Assembly: GCA_963675595.2 (NCBI GenBank)
Contig: CAXXLZ010000002.1
Span: forward strand, 4,032,001 to 4,096,000
DNA: 64,000 nt
From: Thermodesulfobacteriota bacterium
Lineage (GTDB): Bacteria; Desulfobacterota; Desulfarculia; JACQYL01
Direction: 5' to 3'
Under the pieces are notes generated by a model. That model saw nothing but the letters and a program-made list of their open reading frames with translations. It did not search any database and was not told the origin of the DNA. Position numbers and translations under genes: made by a program. This document shows, piece after piece, positions 9,782 to 19,156 of this stretch (position 1 is its first letter; every line of letters begins with the position of its first letter).

Positions 9782-10785
9782 CCCGGTTCCCCCGTTTCGG
9801 TCATGGATGCCGCGGCGGCTGTCAGACGCTCGGAGATGGCTTCCATGATGCGGATACACACCTCCAAAGCGTTTCTGCCTTTGTGCCCGTCCACCAAAGG
9901 CGGCTTTCGGGTCCGGACGCATTCCACAAACGCCTTGAGCTCCTCTGCAAGAGGATCCGAATCGGTATAACGAACCGTGTTGCCTGAAATCTGCGGACCG
10001 CCTTGTTCCGGGGAACCTTGAGATCTCAGAATAACGGCGAGTTCCCGATCGGCGAAGTCCACTGTAAGGTAGGCGTTAGGCTGGAAGATGCGAATCTTCC
10101 TAAGGCTTTTCATGGAAATCCGACTCGCGGTGATATTCGCCACGCAGCCGTTGGCAAAGGAAATCCGTGCGTTGGCGATGTCCACCCTGGGGGAGAGCAC
10201 GGGTACGCCCACGGCCTCGATGTTGGTTACCGGGGAGTTCACGCATCCCAGAATGATGTCCACATCGTGAATCATGAGGTCCGTCACCACGTCCAGATCC
10301 GTACCGCGCTCCTTGAACGTGCCGAGTCGGTGGGATTCGATGAACATGGGACGGGAGAGCTTTTCTTTGAGCGCCACCACCGCCGGATTGAAGTGTTCGA
10401 GATGGCCCACCTGAATAATGCGGTCCGTCTCATGCGCGATGCGGATCAGTTCATCCGCTTCCTCGAGAGATTGGGTGATGGGTTTTTCCACGAGCACATC
10501 CTTGCCGTGCATCAGAAATTCTTTGGCGATGCGATGATGCTCGGAAGTGGGAACGACGATGCTTACGGCATCCACCTTATCCAAGAGGTCTCGATAGTCG
10601 GTGCAGGAGAGCACTCCGTACTCCGAGCCCAAACCCCGACAACGCCCTTCGTCCACATCGGCCAATCCAACCAGTCGGACTCCGGGCATGGCCGCGTACT
10701 TATCGGCATGAAACTTCCCGAGATATCCCACACCCACCACGCCCACCCGGACGGGGCGGTGCTCCTTTTTATTTGCTGTTTCCAT
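9778..10785 (-). CDS. Gfo/Idh/MocA oxidoreductase, GnnA-like (putative UDP-GlcNAc 3-dehydrogenase)
   Basis: 'VGVVGVGYLG', 'VEKP', 'DLMIHD'; lies between lpxI and lpxB. Confidence 0.8.
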   Translation of the reverse strand: METANKKEHRPVRVGVVGVGYLGKFHADKYAAMPGVRLVGLADVDEGRCRGLGSEYGVLSCTDYRDLLDKVDAVSIVVPTSEHHRIAKEFLMHGKDVLVEKPITQSLEEADELIRIAHETDRIIQVGHLEHFNPAVVALKEKLSRPMFIESHRLGTFKERGTDLDVVTDLMIHDVDIILGCVNSPVTNIEAVGVPVLSPRVDIANARISFANGCVANITASRISMKSLRKIRIFQPNAYLTVDFADRELAVILRSQGSPEQGGPQISGNTVRYTDSDPLAEELKAFVECVRTRKPPLVDGHKGRNALEVCIRIMEAISERLTAAAASMTETGEPG

Positions 10786-10843
10786 GGCTTGAGTCGGAAC
10801 CTTGGCGAAAGTGAGTGTGGAGGGGGCGATCGTCGGAGACTGG

Positions 10844-11650
10844 TCAGACTTCTCTGGCCACAATGCAGATGCGATGCCTGTCCGCTTCCTTGACCATCTC
10901 CTCTTTGTCGAATACCAGGGTCTTCCCCGCTTCGAGCCCCAATACGGAGCAGCCCGATTGAAGCATCTTTCGGACGGTGTCTATCCCCACGGAAGGGACG
11001 TCGAACCGGAGGTCCTGTGACGGTTTGGAAACCTTCACAACCACGGCGTTTTTCCCCGCAAGGGTGCCGCCGCGTTCGATCATGGCGTCGGTGCCTTCCA
11101 TGGCTTCGACCGCCACGATGGTCCCGGCGCGGACTACGACCGCCTGTCCGATATCCAACCGACCGATGCCTTTGGCGGTTTGGAAACCCAGTTGCAGATC
11201 GGACTCTTCGGAAGGAGAGGGCTTCTTCTTGGTGTAACAACCCGGAGCGGCCAACAGCTCGGGGACATAGAGCGTGGATTCTCGGATCTGAATCCCTTCG
11301 TCTTCGAATTCACGGGCCACTGCGCGGAGCAGGCCGTCGTCCTGGCGTGACTTCATCTTGAAAAAAAGGGTCGCTCCGCGAAAATCCGGGCGCACTTTTG
11401 AAAACATTCTGCTCTTGGTGATTCCCCCGCACATCACGGCTTCCGTGACGCCGGCCGTCTTGAAAACCTTGATCATCTTGCCCAATTGGCCGAGTTTGAC
11501 CCAATCCAGCACGTCGGCAACCGCTGAGATCTCGGGAAGCGTTTCGCCTTCGTGGGCGACGACTACGACCTTTCTGCCCCCGCGACGGGCCGATTGGGCG
11601 AACAGAATGGGGAAACGGCCGTTTCCGGCAATGACGCCGATGGGTTCCAT
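10844..11650 (-). CDS. lpxI: UDP-2,3-diacylglucosamine diphosphatase LpxI
   Basis: 'IGVIAGNGRFP', 'DIGQAVVV', 'AVEAMEGTD', 'QDLRFDVPSVG'. Confidence 0.93.
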   Translation of the reverse strand: MEPIGVIAGNGRFPILFAQSARRGGRKVVVVAHEGETLPEISAVADVLDWVKLGQLGKMIKVFKTAGVTEAVMCGGITKSRMFSKVRPDFRGATLFFKMKSRQDDGLLRAVAREFEDEGIQIRESTLYVPELLAAPGCYTKKKPSPSEESDLQLGFQTAKGIGRLDIGQAVVVRAGTIVAVEAMEGTDAMIERGGTLAGKNAVVVKVSKPSQDLRFDVPSVGIDTVRKMLQSGCSVLGLEAGKTLVFDKEEMVKEADRHRICIVAREV

Positions 11651-11655
11651 GGGGA

Positions 11656-12429
11656 TCAGCGCGTGACGCCTCGTTTGCTTTCTTCAATGAATTTAAGCAG
11701 ATGATCCACATCCGAACAATCGGGGATTTCCTGCATCACTTTCTGAACCGCCTCTTCAAGACGTAGCCCGGACCGGAAAAGGATCCGGTAGGCGCTCTTG
11801 ATGTCTCGTATCCGGTTCTCGTCAAATCCCTGCCGCTTCAGTCCGGTGACATTGATGCCGTGCAGTTTGGCCCGGTTGCCCGAAACCAATGTGAACGGCG
11901 GAATGTCCAGAACCACGGCGGTCATTCCGCCGATGAAACAGAATTTGCCGATGCGGGTGAACTGATGAACGCCCACGAGTCCGCCGACACTCGCATGATC
12001 CTCCACCACGATATGACCGGCCAAGGTTGCCGCATTGGCGAGGACGACTCCGTCACCGATGAGGCAATCATGGGCGACATGGGCGTAGGCCATGACCAGG
12101 TTGTCGCTTCCTAAACGAGTGAGTCCGCCGCCCCCTTCGGTTCCCCGATTAAGCGTCACGTATTCTCGAATTTGGTTGTTGTCCCCGATGACGAGACGGG
12201 TTTCCTCTCCGTGGAACTTCAGGTCTTGTGGAATTTCTCCAATGGAAGCGAATTGGAAGATTCGGTTTCCGCAGCCGATGGTCGTGTATTGCCGAATGAC
12301 TACGTGGGAAGCAATGACGGTTCCTGCTCCGATTTCCACATTGTCTTCGATCACGCTGTATGGACCGACGGAAACATCCGAAGCGAGCTTGGCGCCGGGA
12401 TGAATGATGGCTGTCGGGTGCACGTTCAT
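11656..12429 (-). CDS. lpxA: UDP-N-acetylglucosamine O-acyltransferase
   Basis: Hexapeptide repeats, 'PQDLKF', 'IREYVT', 'HVAHDC', 'VHQF'. Confidence 0.96.
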   Translation of the reverse strand: MNVHPTAIIHPGAKLASDVSVGPYSVIEDNVEIGAGTVIASHVVIRQYTTIGCGNRIFQFASIGEIPQDLKFHGEETRLVIGDNNQIREYVTLNRGTEGGGGLTRLGSDNLVMAYAHVAHDCLIGDGVVLANAATLAGHIVVEDHASVGGLVGVHQFTRIGKFCFIGGMTAVVLDIPPFTLVSGNRAKLHGINVTGLKRQGFDENRIRDIKSAYRILFRSGLRLEEAVQKVMQEIPDCSDVDHLLKFIEESKRGVTR

Positions 12430-12433
12430 CAAG

Positions 12434-12889
12434 TCACTTACCTCCAAGGAGGGCCGAAAGTTCGGCTTCGGCGGCCAAGTCCCCGTCTACCAGGGCCTTC
12501 CCGGCCAGTTTCCAGGCGCGCTGTTTGGGGTTGCCCCGCAACACGTCCACTTCGAGAATCAGTTGGTCTCCCGGGACAACGAGTTTGCGGAATCGTACTT
12601 TTTCCATCCCAATAAAAAGCATTTCCTTCCTGTGGGTTTCCTCCCCCAAAGACCACGCTCCCAGCACGCCTCCCACCTGCCCCATGGCCTCGAGTATGAG
12701 AACTCCCGGCATGATGGGATTCCCGGGGAAATGTCCCTGGAAGAACGGTTCGTTGGCGGTGACGTTCTTGTAGCCCACCGCACGCTTATTGGCCTCTAGT
12801 TCCGTGATTCGGTCGACCAGCAGCAACGGGTATCGATGCGGCAAGTACTTGGTGATCTCCCGGTAACCCATGGGTAGTTCCATGGTCAT
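12434..12889 (-). CDS. fabZ: 3-hydroxyacyl-ACP dehydratase
   Basis: 'LPHRYPLLLVD', 'FFQGHFP', 'MPGVLILEAMGQ'. Confidence 0.96.
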   Translation of the reverse strand: MTMELPMGYREITKYLPHRYPLLLVDRITELEANKRAVGYKNVTANEPFFQGHFPGNPIMPGVLILEAMGQVGGVLGAWSLGEETHRKEMLFIGMEKVRFRKLVVPGDQLILEVDVLRGNPKQRAWKLAGKALVDGDLAAEAELSALLGGK

Positions 12890-13923
12890 CCTCCGCTCGC
12901 CTTGTCCTCCAGCTCTCGTAGACGTTTTTCGAGTTCCTGAACCCTTTTTGCAAGTTGCGGCAGTTTGGGCAATACAGCCATGTATCGGATGGTAACCTGG
13001 TGAGGAAGGGCGGGGGTTCCGCTGACCACCATGTCTGCCTCAAGCGGACGTGTGACACCGCTCTGAGCGGCGATCATGGTGCGATCGCCCACCTCGATGT
13101 GGCCTACGAATCCGACTTGACCCCCGATCTGAACGTCGGCGCCGATCCGGGAGGATCCCGCGATGCCCGCTTGGGCCGCAATGACGGTATTCTCACCGAT
13201 CACCACATTGTGCGCCACCTGAACCAGGTTATCCAGTTTCACTCCTCGGCATATCCGGGTCCTCCCCAAAGTCGCCCTATCCACCGTGCAATTGGCCCCG
13301 ATTTCCACGTCGTCTTCGATCTGCACGATTCCAAGCTGGGGAACTTTGACCTGCCGATCGACATCCCTGGCGTACCCGAACCCGTCGCTTCCGATTACCG
13401 TACCGCTGTGGAGGATCACTCGCGAACCGATGATGCATCGATCCAAAACGACCACGTTCGGATGGAGTACGCAGTCTTCACCGACCACGGCGTTGCGGCC
13501 GACACACGCACCGGGATACAGAACGGATCGCGAACCGACGGTTGCGCCGGGACCCACATAGGCCATGGGATAGACGGCAACGTCTTGTCCGAGCGAGGCA
13601 CTCTCATGGATGGAGGCCTGCGGGCTGACGGATCGATCGATTTCGACCGGACTCTGAAAGAGGGCGGAAATTAGGGCAAAGGCCAGATAGGGGTTGGAAA
13701 CCCGGAGTGCCGCCGCTTTTGTTTTGCCTCGATAGTCCTTCTTTACAATGACCGCCCCGGCATTGGAGGAGGCGAGAAAAGTCTCGTATTTGGGATTGGC
13801 CAGGAAGGTAATGTCTCCGGGGCCGGCCTCCTGTATTCCCGCCACCCCTGAGATCATCAACTCTTTTGGACCTTCCGCTTCCCCACCGACCAAGTCGGCC
13901 AGTTCAAACAAAGTCCTGGTCAT
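12886..13923 (-). CDS. lpxD: UDP-3-O-acylglucosamine N-acyltransferase
   Basis: 'GSDGFGY', 'DDVEIGAN', 'KLDNLVQVAHN', hexapeptide repeats. Confidence 0.96.
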   Translation of the reverse strand: MTRTLFELADLVGGEAEGPKELMISGVAGIQEAGPGDITFLANPKYETFLASSNAGAVIVKKDYRGKTKAAALRVSNPYLAFALISALFQSPVEIDRSVSPQASIHESASLGQDVAVYPMAYVGPGATVGSRSVLYPGACVGRNAVVGEDCVLHPNVVVLDRCIIGSRVILHSGTVIGSDGFGYARDVDRQVKVPQLGIVQIEDDVEIGANCTVDRATLGRTRICRGVKLDNLVQVAHNVVIGENTVIAAQAGIAGSSRIGADVQIGGQVGFVGHIEVGDRTMIAAQSGVTRPLEADMVVSGTPALPHQVTIRYMAVLPKLPQLAKRVQELEKRLRELEDKASGG

Positions 13924-13937
13924 ACCGCCCGCCTGAG

Positions 13938-14474
13938 TTATTTTCCGCCTTTAGCGGTCTGTGCGTCGTATTCTTTGAGGATTTGCTTGGTGATGTCGAC
14001 CGACGGGACCGAATAAAGAGTGGTTCTTTTTTCCAGGACAATGTCGAAACCTCCGGCATGCGCCACTTTGTTCAAGATGCCGTCCAGGTCTTTGAAGATT
14101 CGCATCTTCATCATGTTCTCATCTTCCTTGATCTCATCGTTGAAGTCGCGAACCATATCCTGAAGATCCCGCTGTCTCTTCCTGAAGTCCCGTTCCTTGT
14201 CTTGGTAGGCCGCGGAACTCAACATCATTCCTTGTTTGTCCAGTTCATCCTTCAGCTTTTGGAGTTCGGCCTGCGCGGCATCCAACTTGGCCTTCAGTTT
14301 GTCGTTCTTGGCTTCCAGCAACTTCTTGGCCTTCTTGCCCTCGACCGATTCGTTCAGGCACGTTTGCAGGTCGATGATTCCGATCTTGATGGGATCCGCG
14401 GCCGGGGCCTTGGAGCACAGCAGGCCCAAAACGATGAGAAGTGCTAGGGTCGAGGTCAAATAACGATACTTCAT
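13938..14474 (-). CDS. skp: OmpH/Skp periplasmic chaperone
   Basis: Signal peptide, 'KIGIIDLQ', long coiled coil, 'DIT' C-terminus; between bamA and lpxD. Confidence 0.88.
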   Translation of the reverse strand: MKYRYLTSTLALLIVLGLLCSKAPAADPIKIGIIDLQTCLNESVEGKKAKKLLEAKNDKLKAKLDAAQAELQKLKDELDKQGMMLSSAAYQDKERDFRKRQRDLQDMVRDFNDEIKEDENMMKMRIFKDLDGILNKVAHAGGFDIVLEKRTTLYSVPSVDITKQILKEYDAQTAKGGK

Positions 14475-14573
14475 GCAATAAACCTCCTTAAGCTGGTGGT
14501 CTTTTCGTCGTTACCGGAAAAGTTGATTGATGCCGGGACCATATCCCGCATGATCCATCGAGGTCCGTAATCG

Positions 14574-17237
14574 CTAGAATCCGTACCCGATGGTGAAATC
14601 CCAGACGTTGGAATCCTCGTCTTCTTCAGGGGCGAGGTTGTATCCCCATTCCAGGCGAAGCGGGCCGAGGGGGGAATACCACCGGATACCGCCTCCCACC
14701 GAACGCCTAAGGTTGGTGAAATCCCAATCTCCATCATCGGGATAGACGTTTCCCAAGTCGAAGAACGTTACGCCGTAAATAGCTGTTTCCTTAAGTATGG
14801 GGAATCTCAGCTCGAAGTTGAAAAAGACGAACTTATCGCCGCCGATCCGGTCGCCCGTGATCGGGTCCCTGGGACTGACCTTGCGAATTTGGAAGCCTCG
14901 GATGGTGTTCAAACCGCCAAGGTAGAATTTTTCATACAACAGGAGTTCATCCCCTTCATTCTTCTGGATGTAACCGATCCTGCCGCGGGAAAAGAAAGAC
15001 ATATCCCAGAACAGCGGAAAGTACCAAGCCGAGTTGGCAAGGTATTTAATAAAACCGGCGCTTCCGCCCAAAGGCCCGCCGGCGTATTCCACCGAAACCC
15101 AGTTGTCGGAACCCTTTGTCGTCAGAAAGTAGGCGTCCCGTGTGTCTCTACGAAGCCCCAGAGTCACCGCGCTGGTGGTATGATGGCCTTCCTGGTCTCG
15201 AATGATGATGGAAGCATCGTCGTCGACGTCCGTCACATCCGCGCTTTCAAAGCGGTAAGTACTCCAGATGTCCACATCCCATTTCCGCCACAGGGGATAG
15301 CTCAACTTGAGGTTGCCTCCCCAGCTGTCCTTGGTGAAGTCGTCGTACTCTCGTTCAAGTTTGAAGAGGCCGACCGTGGTTTCCAGAGGGATGTCGAAAA
15401 GCCAGGGCTCGGTGAAGTTGATGGAGAACTGGGTCGACTTTCCTCCGAGAACGCCGGAGAAGGACATCCTCTGGCCGTATCCCAGAAAATTCCTTTCCTG
15501 AATTTCGAAAGAGCCCACGATGCCTTCGTTGGAGCTGAATCCCGCACCCACGGCCAAATTTCCCGTCTTCTTCTCCATGACGTTCACTTGGAGCACCAGG
15601 GTGTCGTCACGCGAACCTTTTGTGGTGTTAAACTCGATATTTTCGAAAAAGTCCAACCGATGGAGCTTCTGGGAGCTGTTTCTCAAGCCTTCGGCGCTGA
15701 ACAGGCCTTGTTCATACACGGACAGCTCGCGTCGGATCACCTTGTCCCGAGTCTTGGTGTTACCCGAGATGTTGATCCGTTCGAAGTGAATGATATCGTT
15801 CTTCCGGATATCATAGGTGAGATTCACGAGCAGTTTGTCGTAGTCCGTATTCTGGATCGGGTTCACGTCGGGAAAGGCGTACCCTCGGTTGTTATAGACC
15901 TCTCTGAGGGCCAATACGTCCTTGCGAACGATTTCCCTGTTGTACACGTCGCCGCTTTTCGCTTGGAGAAGCCCCATAAGTTCCTCTTCAGGAACAATGA
16001 ACTCGCCCTGGAGCTTCACTTCGCCGAAGGAATACCTTGGGCCTTCGTCAATGGGGATGGTGATGTAGATTCCATCTTCCCGAGTATCAATATCGGGCCT
16101 TCCCACCTTGACCTGGATGTAACCGTTGTTCTGATAGAATGAGGAAAGATTTTCCAGGTCGTTTTCGAGCTTGGGCATCTCGAGCTTGCCCGTTTTGAGC
16201 AGCCAGCTCAAGAATCCTTTGACTTTGGTGCTCATCTGGCTTCTCAGATCGCCGTCATCGAAAGCCGTGTTGCCCTGGAAATCTATTTGCCGGATGTAAA
16301 CCTTGCTTCCTTCCCGGACATTGACGGCAACCACGACCTCGCCTTCCTTAACGTGCTCGATACGGTAGTCGATTTCGGCATTTAGATAGCCGTCCTTGCG
16401 GTAGAGCTCTTTTAGGTTCTCGACGCCTTCCTTGAGTTTCTGCTCGTTGAGTACGGAATAACTCTTGACGTTGAAAGCGTCGCTTGCATCCGCTTCTTTG
16501 ATCTCGTCGAGCCCCACGAACTGAACGTCGGTCACGGTGGGGTTCTCTTTGACTTCGTAGATGACTTTGAGCCCGTCGGCCAGTGGTTCGGTGCGGACTC
16601 GAACATCATCAAAATATCCCATTTCGAAAATCGCTCTGATGTCCTCGTCGGTCTTCTTCAGGGAGAACAAGTCGCCTGGTAAGGACTTGACCACTGCGAG
16701 GATGGCTTCCTTTTCAATGCGTTGATTCCCCGATACCGCGAGTTCGCCGATTCGCCGGTCTCCGTAAATATAGATCACGACCTTTTGCGTCAGTTCTTCA
16801 ACCAAGGAGGGTAAGGATTTCATTTCCCGGCCTTGAGCAAAGAGCCTGACCGCCGGTCGTTCTTTTTCCAAGCTTACCAAGAGGGCGTCCAGACTTACGG
16901 TTTTTCCCACGACGGTCAGACTTCCCGTCATGGCGAAGCCCGCCTCGAGGAATCGACCGACTTCTTTTGCGGCTTCCTCTCCGGTCGGATCCACGGAAAG
17001 AAAGGAAACCACTCGTTGGGTCATGGCCGGGTCCAGCACTCGAATCCGTTCTTCCTTGAGTTTATCGCTGAAAATGGCCGGCACCTCGAGACGATACCGT
17101 GAGAGGTCTTCTTGGCTGTGAATCTGAAAAGGCAGGATGACAAGCAGCGGGTCTTCGGCTGCATGTGCGCACAAAGGAAAAAGCAGGAACATCACCGACA
17201 GAATGATTCTACGCGACCAGTTGTTCCCCATGCTCAC
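14574..17237 (-). CDS. bamA: Outer membrane protein assembly factor BamA with extra N-terminal domain
   Basis: POTRA repeats ('GNQRIE', 'GNTKTRDKVIRRE'), 'IRGF' loop, 'WYSPLGPLR', terminal Phe. Confidence 0.95.
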   Translation of the reverse strand: MSMGNNWSRRIILSVMFLLFPLCAHAAEDPLLVILPFQIHSQEDLSRYRLEVPAIFSDKLKEERIRVLDPAMTQRVVSFLSVDPTGEEAAKEVGRFLEAGFAMTGSLTVVGKTVSLDALLVSLEKERPAVRLFAQGREMKSLPSLVEELTQKVVIYIYGDRRIGELAVSGNQRIEKEAILAVVKSLPGDLFSLKKTDEDIRAIFEMGYFDDVRVRTEPLADGLKVIYEVKENPTVTDVQFVGLDEIKEADASDAFNVKSYSVLNEQKLKEGVENLKELYRKDGYLNAEIDYRIEHVKEGEVVVAVNVREGSKVYIRQIDFQGNTAFDDGDLRSQMSTKVKGFLSWLLKTGKLEMPKLENDLENLSSFYQNNGYIQVKVGRPDIDTREDGIYITIPIDEGPRYSFGEVKLQGEFIVPEEELMGLLQAKSGDVYNREIVRKDVLALREVYNNRGYAFPDVNPIQNTDYDKLLVNLTYDIRKNDIIHFERINISGNTKTRDKVIRRELSVYEQGLFSAEGLRNSSQKLHRLDFFENIEFNTTKGSRDDTLVLQVNVMEKKTGNLAVGAGFSSNEGIVGSFEIQERNFLGYGQRMSFSGVLGGKSTQFSINFTEPWLFDIPLETTVGLFKLEREYDDFTKDSWGGNLKLSYPLWRKWDVDIWSTYRFESADVTDVDDDASIIIRDQEGHHTTSAVTLGLRRDTRDAYFLTTKGSDNWVSVEYAGGPLGGSAGFIKYLANSAWYFPLFWDMSFFSRGRIGYIQKNEGDELLLYEKFYLGGLNTIRGFQIRKVSPRDPITGDRIGGDKFVFFNFELRFPILKETAIYGVTFFDLGNVYPDDGDWDFTNLRRSVGGGIRWYSPLGPLRLEWGYNLAPEEDEDSNVWDFTIGYGF

Positions 17238-17932
17238 CCTTCCTTGGCAATACCGTCCTCAATCACGACCCTGCGGTTCATTCGATCCGCGATGGCCGCG
17301 TTGTGGGTAACGATGACGGTGGATAAATGGTAGCCGGCATTCATTCGAATCAGGATGTCGATGATTTGCTCGCCCGTGTGGGTGTCCAGGTTCCCTGTCG
17401 GTTCATCGGCGAGCAGAATCTCCGGGTTCATAATCAATGCACGAGCTACGGCCACTCTTTGCTGTTCCCCACCCGACAATTCTCCAGGCTTGTGGGATAT
17501 CCGGTGGGCAAGACCCATCTCTCCGAGAATGCCGTAGGCCCGGGATCGGGCCGCTCCTTTGGAAACTCCTCCAATGAGAGCCGGCATCATGGTGTTCTCG
17601 ATAGCGGTGAATTCCGGCAGCAAGTGATGAAACTGAAATACGAAGCCGATTCGTCGGTTCCGAAAGCGGGCCAATTCTATGTTGTCTATGGTGGAGACGT
17701 CAAGGTTTCCAAAGGCCACCCCACCGCTTGTGGGCCGGTCCAGCGTACCCATGATCTGCAGGAGAGTGGATTTGCCCGCGCCCGAGGCTCCCAAGACGGC
17801 CACCATCTCCCCCGGACGTATTTCCAGATTCACGCCTTTGAGTACCTGAACCTCGTTGGGCTGATTGGGATTGTAGACCTTTACCACGTCGGTCAATTGG
17901 ATTCCAACGGGCGTCCCGGCTCCGTCAATCAT
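17234..17932 (-). CDS. lolD: Lipoprotein-releasing ABC transporter ATPase
   Basis: 'GASGAGKST', '[13 protein letters not shown]', 'LSGGEQQR', 'ADEPTGNLD'. Confidence 0.93.
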   Translation of the reverse strand: MIDGAGTPVGIQLTDVVKVYNPNQPNEVQVLKGVNLEIRPGEMVAVLGASGAGKSTLLQIMGTLDRPTSGGVAFGNLDVSTIDNIELARFRNRRIGFVFQFHHLLPEFTAIENTMMPALIGGVSKGAARSRAYGILGEMGLAHRISHKPGELSGGEQQRVAVARALIMNPEILLADEPTGNLDTHTGEQIIDILIRMNAGYHLSTVIVTHNAAIADRMNRRVVIEDGIAKEG

Positions 17933-19142
17933 ATCGCAACCCTTCGGCGGGGTTCAACCTGGACGCCTGCCAGGATGGATAAAGCGTGGCGAGAAAGCTG
18001 ATCAGGATCGCGCAGGCACAGACGGCCAGAATCTCCAAAGGGTCCACGAGGACGGGGAGCTTGGTGATGTAGTAGACGTCGCCCGGCAGCTTGATGAATT
18101 CGTATTCCTTCAAGAGCATGCACAAAAACAGTCCGCCGAGCGTTCCGATGAACGTGCCCACGACTCCGATGACGAGGCCCTGGAATACGAAAATCCTACG
18201 AATGCTGCGAGCGGTGGCCCCCATGGACTTGAGGATGGCTATGTCCCTGTTCTTTTCCATGACCATCATAATCAGGGTGCTGACGATGTTGAAGGCCGCC
18301 ACCAAAACGATCAACGTCAATATGATGAACATGGTGATCTTTTCGAGTTTGAGGGCGGAAAACAGATTGCGATTCATCCGCTTCCAGTCCTTGGCCCAAA
18401 AAGGGTATCCTAGTTCCCTGCTGATGGCTGAAGCCACGAGATGTGACCGATAGATGTCATCGACTCGGACTTCGATACCGGTCACCATGTCTCCCAGATC
18501 AAGGAACTCCTGGGCTTGCTTCAGGGAGATCAAAACGAACGTGGAGTCGTATTCGTACATGCCGGATTCCAGCAGACCCGCGATTACGTAAGACTCCTGG
18601 ACAGGCTGCCTGCCCATGGGCGTCTTCCTGCCCATGGGAGATACCATATGAATCGAGTCTCCGGGAGAGACCCCGAGGTTGAGCGCCAGTTCCTTGCCCA
18701 AAATGATGCGGTTCTGGGGCGAATCCAAATCTTCCAGGCGCCCCATCGTGACGGCGGAACGGAGTTGAGGGAATTTGGCCCCGGCATACGGGTCCACACC
18801 GCGTAGAACGGCTCCGGAGACATAGTCTTCGTTCCTGACCATGACCTGGGAATAAATAAAGGGAGTTGCGGCCACGACACCGGGCACTTTCTCGGTTTGT
18901 GCTACGACCCGGGAATAGTCGGAGATGTTCGATCCGCTCTTGAGTACCATGACGTGGGCGTTCATGCCCAATATCTTGGATCGCCATTCGTGCTCGAAGC
19001 CGCTCATTACGCTCAACACCACGATCAGGGCGGTAACGCCCAAAGCGACTCCGCCGATGGAGATCGTGGTGATAATGGAAATGAAGGTCTGCTTTCGTTT
19101 GGCCTTCAGATACCGCAATCCGACGAATCGTTCGAAAAACAT
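17925..19142 (-). CDS. Lipoprotein-releasing ABC transporter permease (single LolC/LolE-type)
   Basis: 'RYLKAKR', 'SVMSGFE', 'IAILKSMGA', 'ATLYPSWQA...LRYD'. Confidence 0.92.
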   Translation of the reverse strand: MFFERFVGLRYLKAKRKQTFISIITTISIGGVALGVTALIVVLSVMSGFEHEWRSKILGMNAHVMVLKSGSNISDYSRVVAQTEKVPGVVAATPFIYSQVMVRNEDYVSGAVLRGVDPYAGAKFPQLRSAVTMGRLEDLDSPQNRIILGKELALNLGVSPGDSIHMVSPMGRKTPMGRQPVQESYVIAGLLESGMYEYDSTFVLISLKQAQEFLDLGDMVTGIEVRVDDIYRSHLVASAISRELGYPFWAKDWKRMNRNLFSALKLEKITMFIILTLIVLVAAFNIVSTLIMMVMEKNRDIAILKSMGATARSIRRIFVFQGLVIGVVGTFIGTLGGLFLCMLLKEYEFIKLPGDVYYITKLPVLVDPLEILAVCACAILISFLATLYPSWQASRLNPAEGLRYD

Positions 19143-19156
19143 TTGGAAACCGGGTA

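Noticed and set aside
14889-16142. 417-aa plus-strand ORF, and similar long antisense ORFs at 28187-29392, 49868-50830, 54264-55715 and 63028-63966
   Set aside because: Shadow frames opposite well-supported genes in GC-rich DNA; no motifs or RBS
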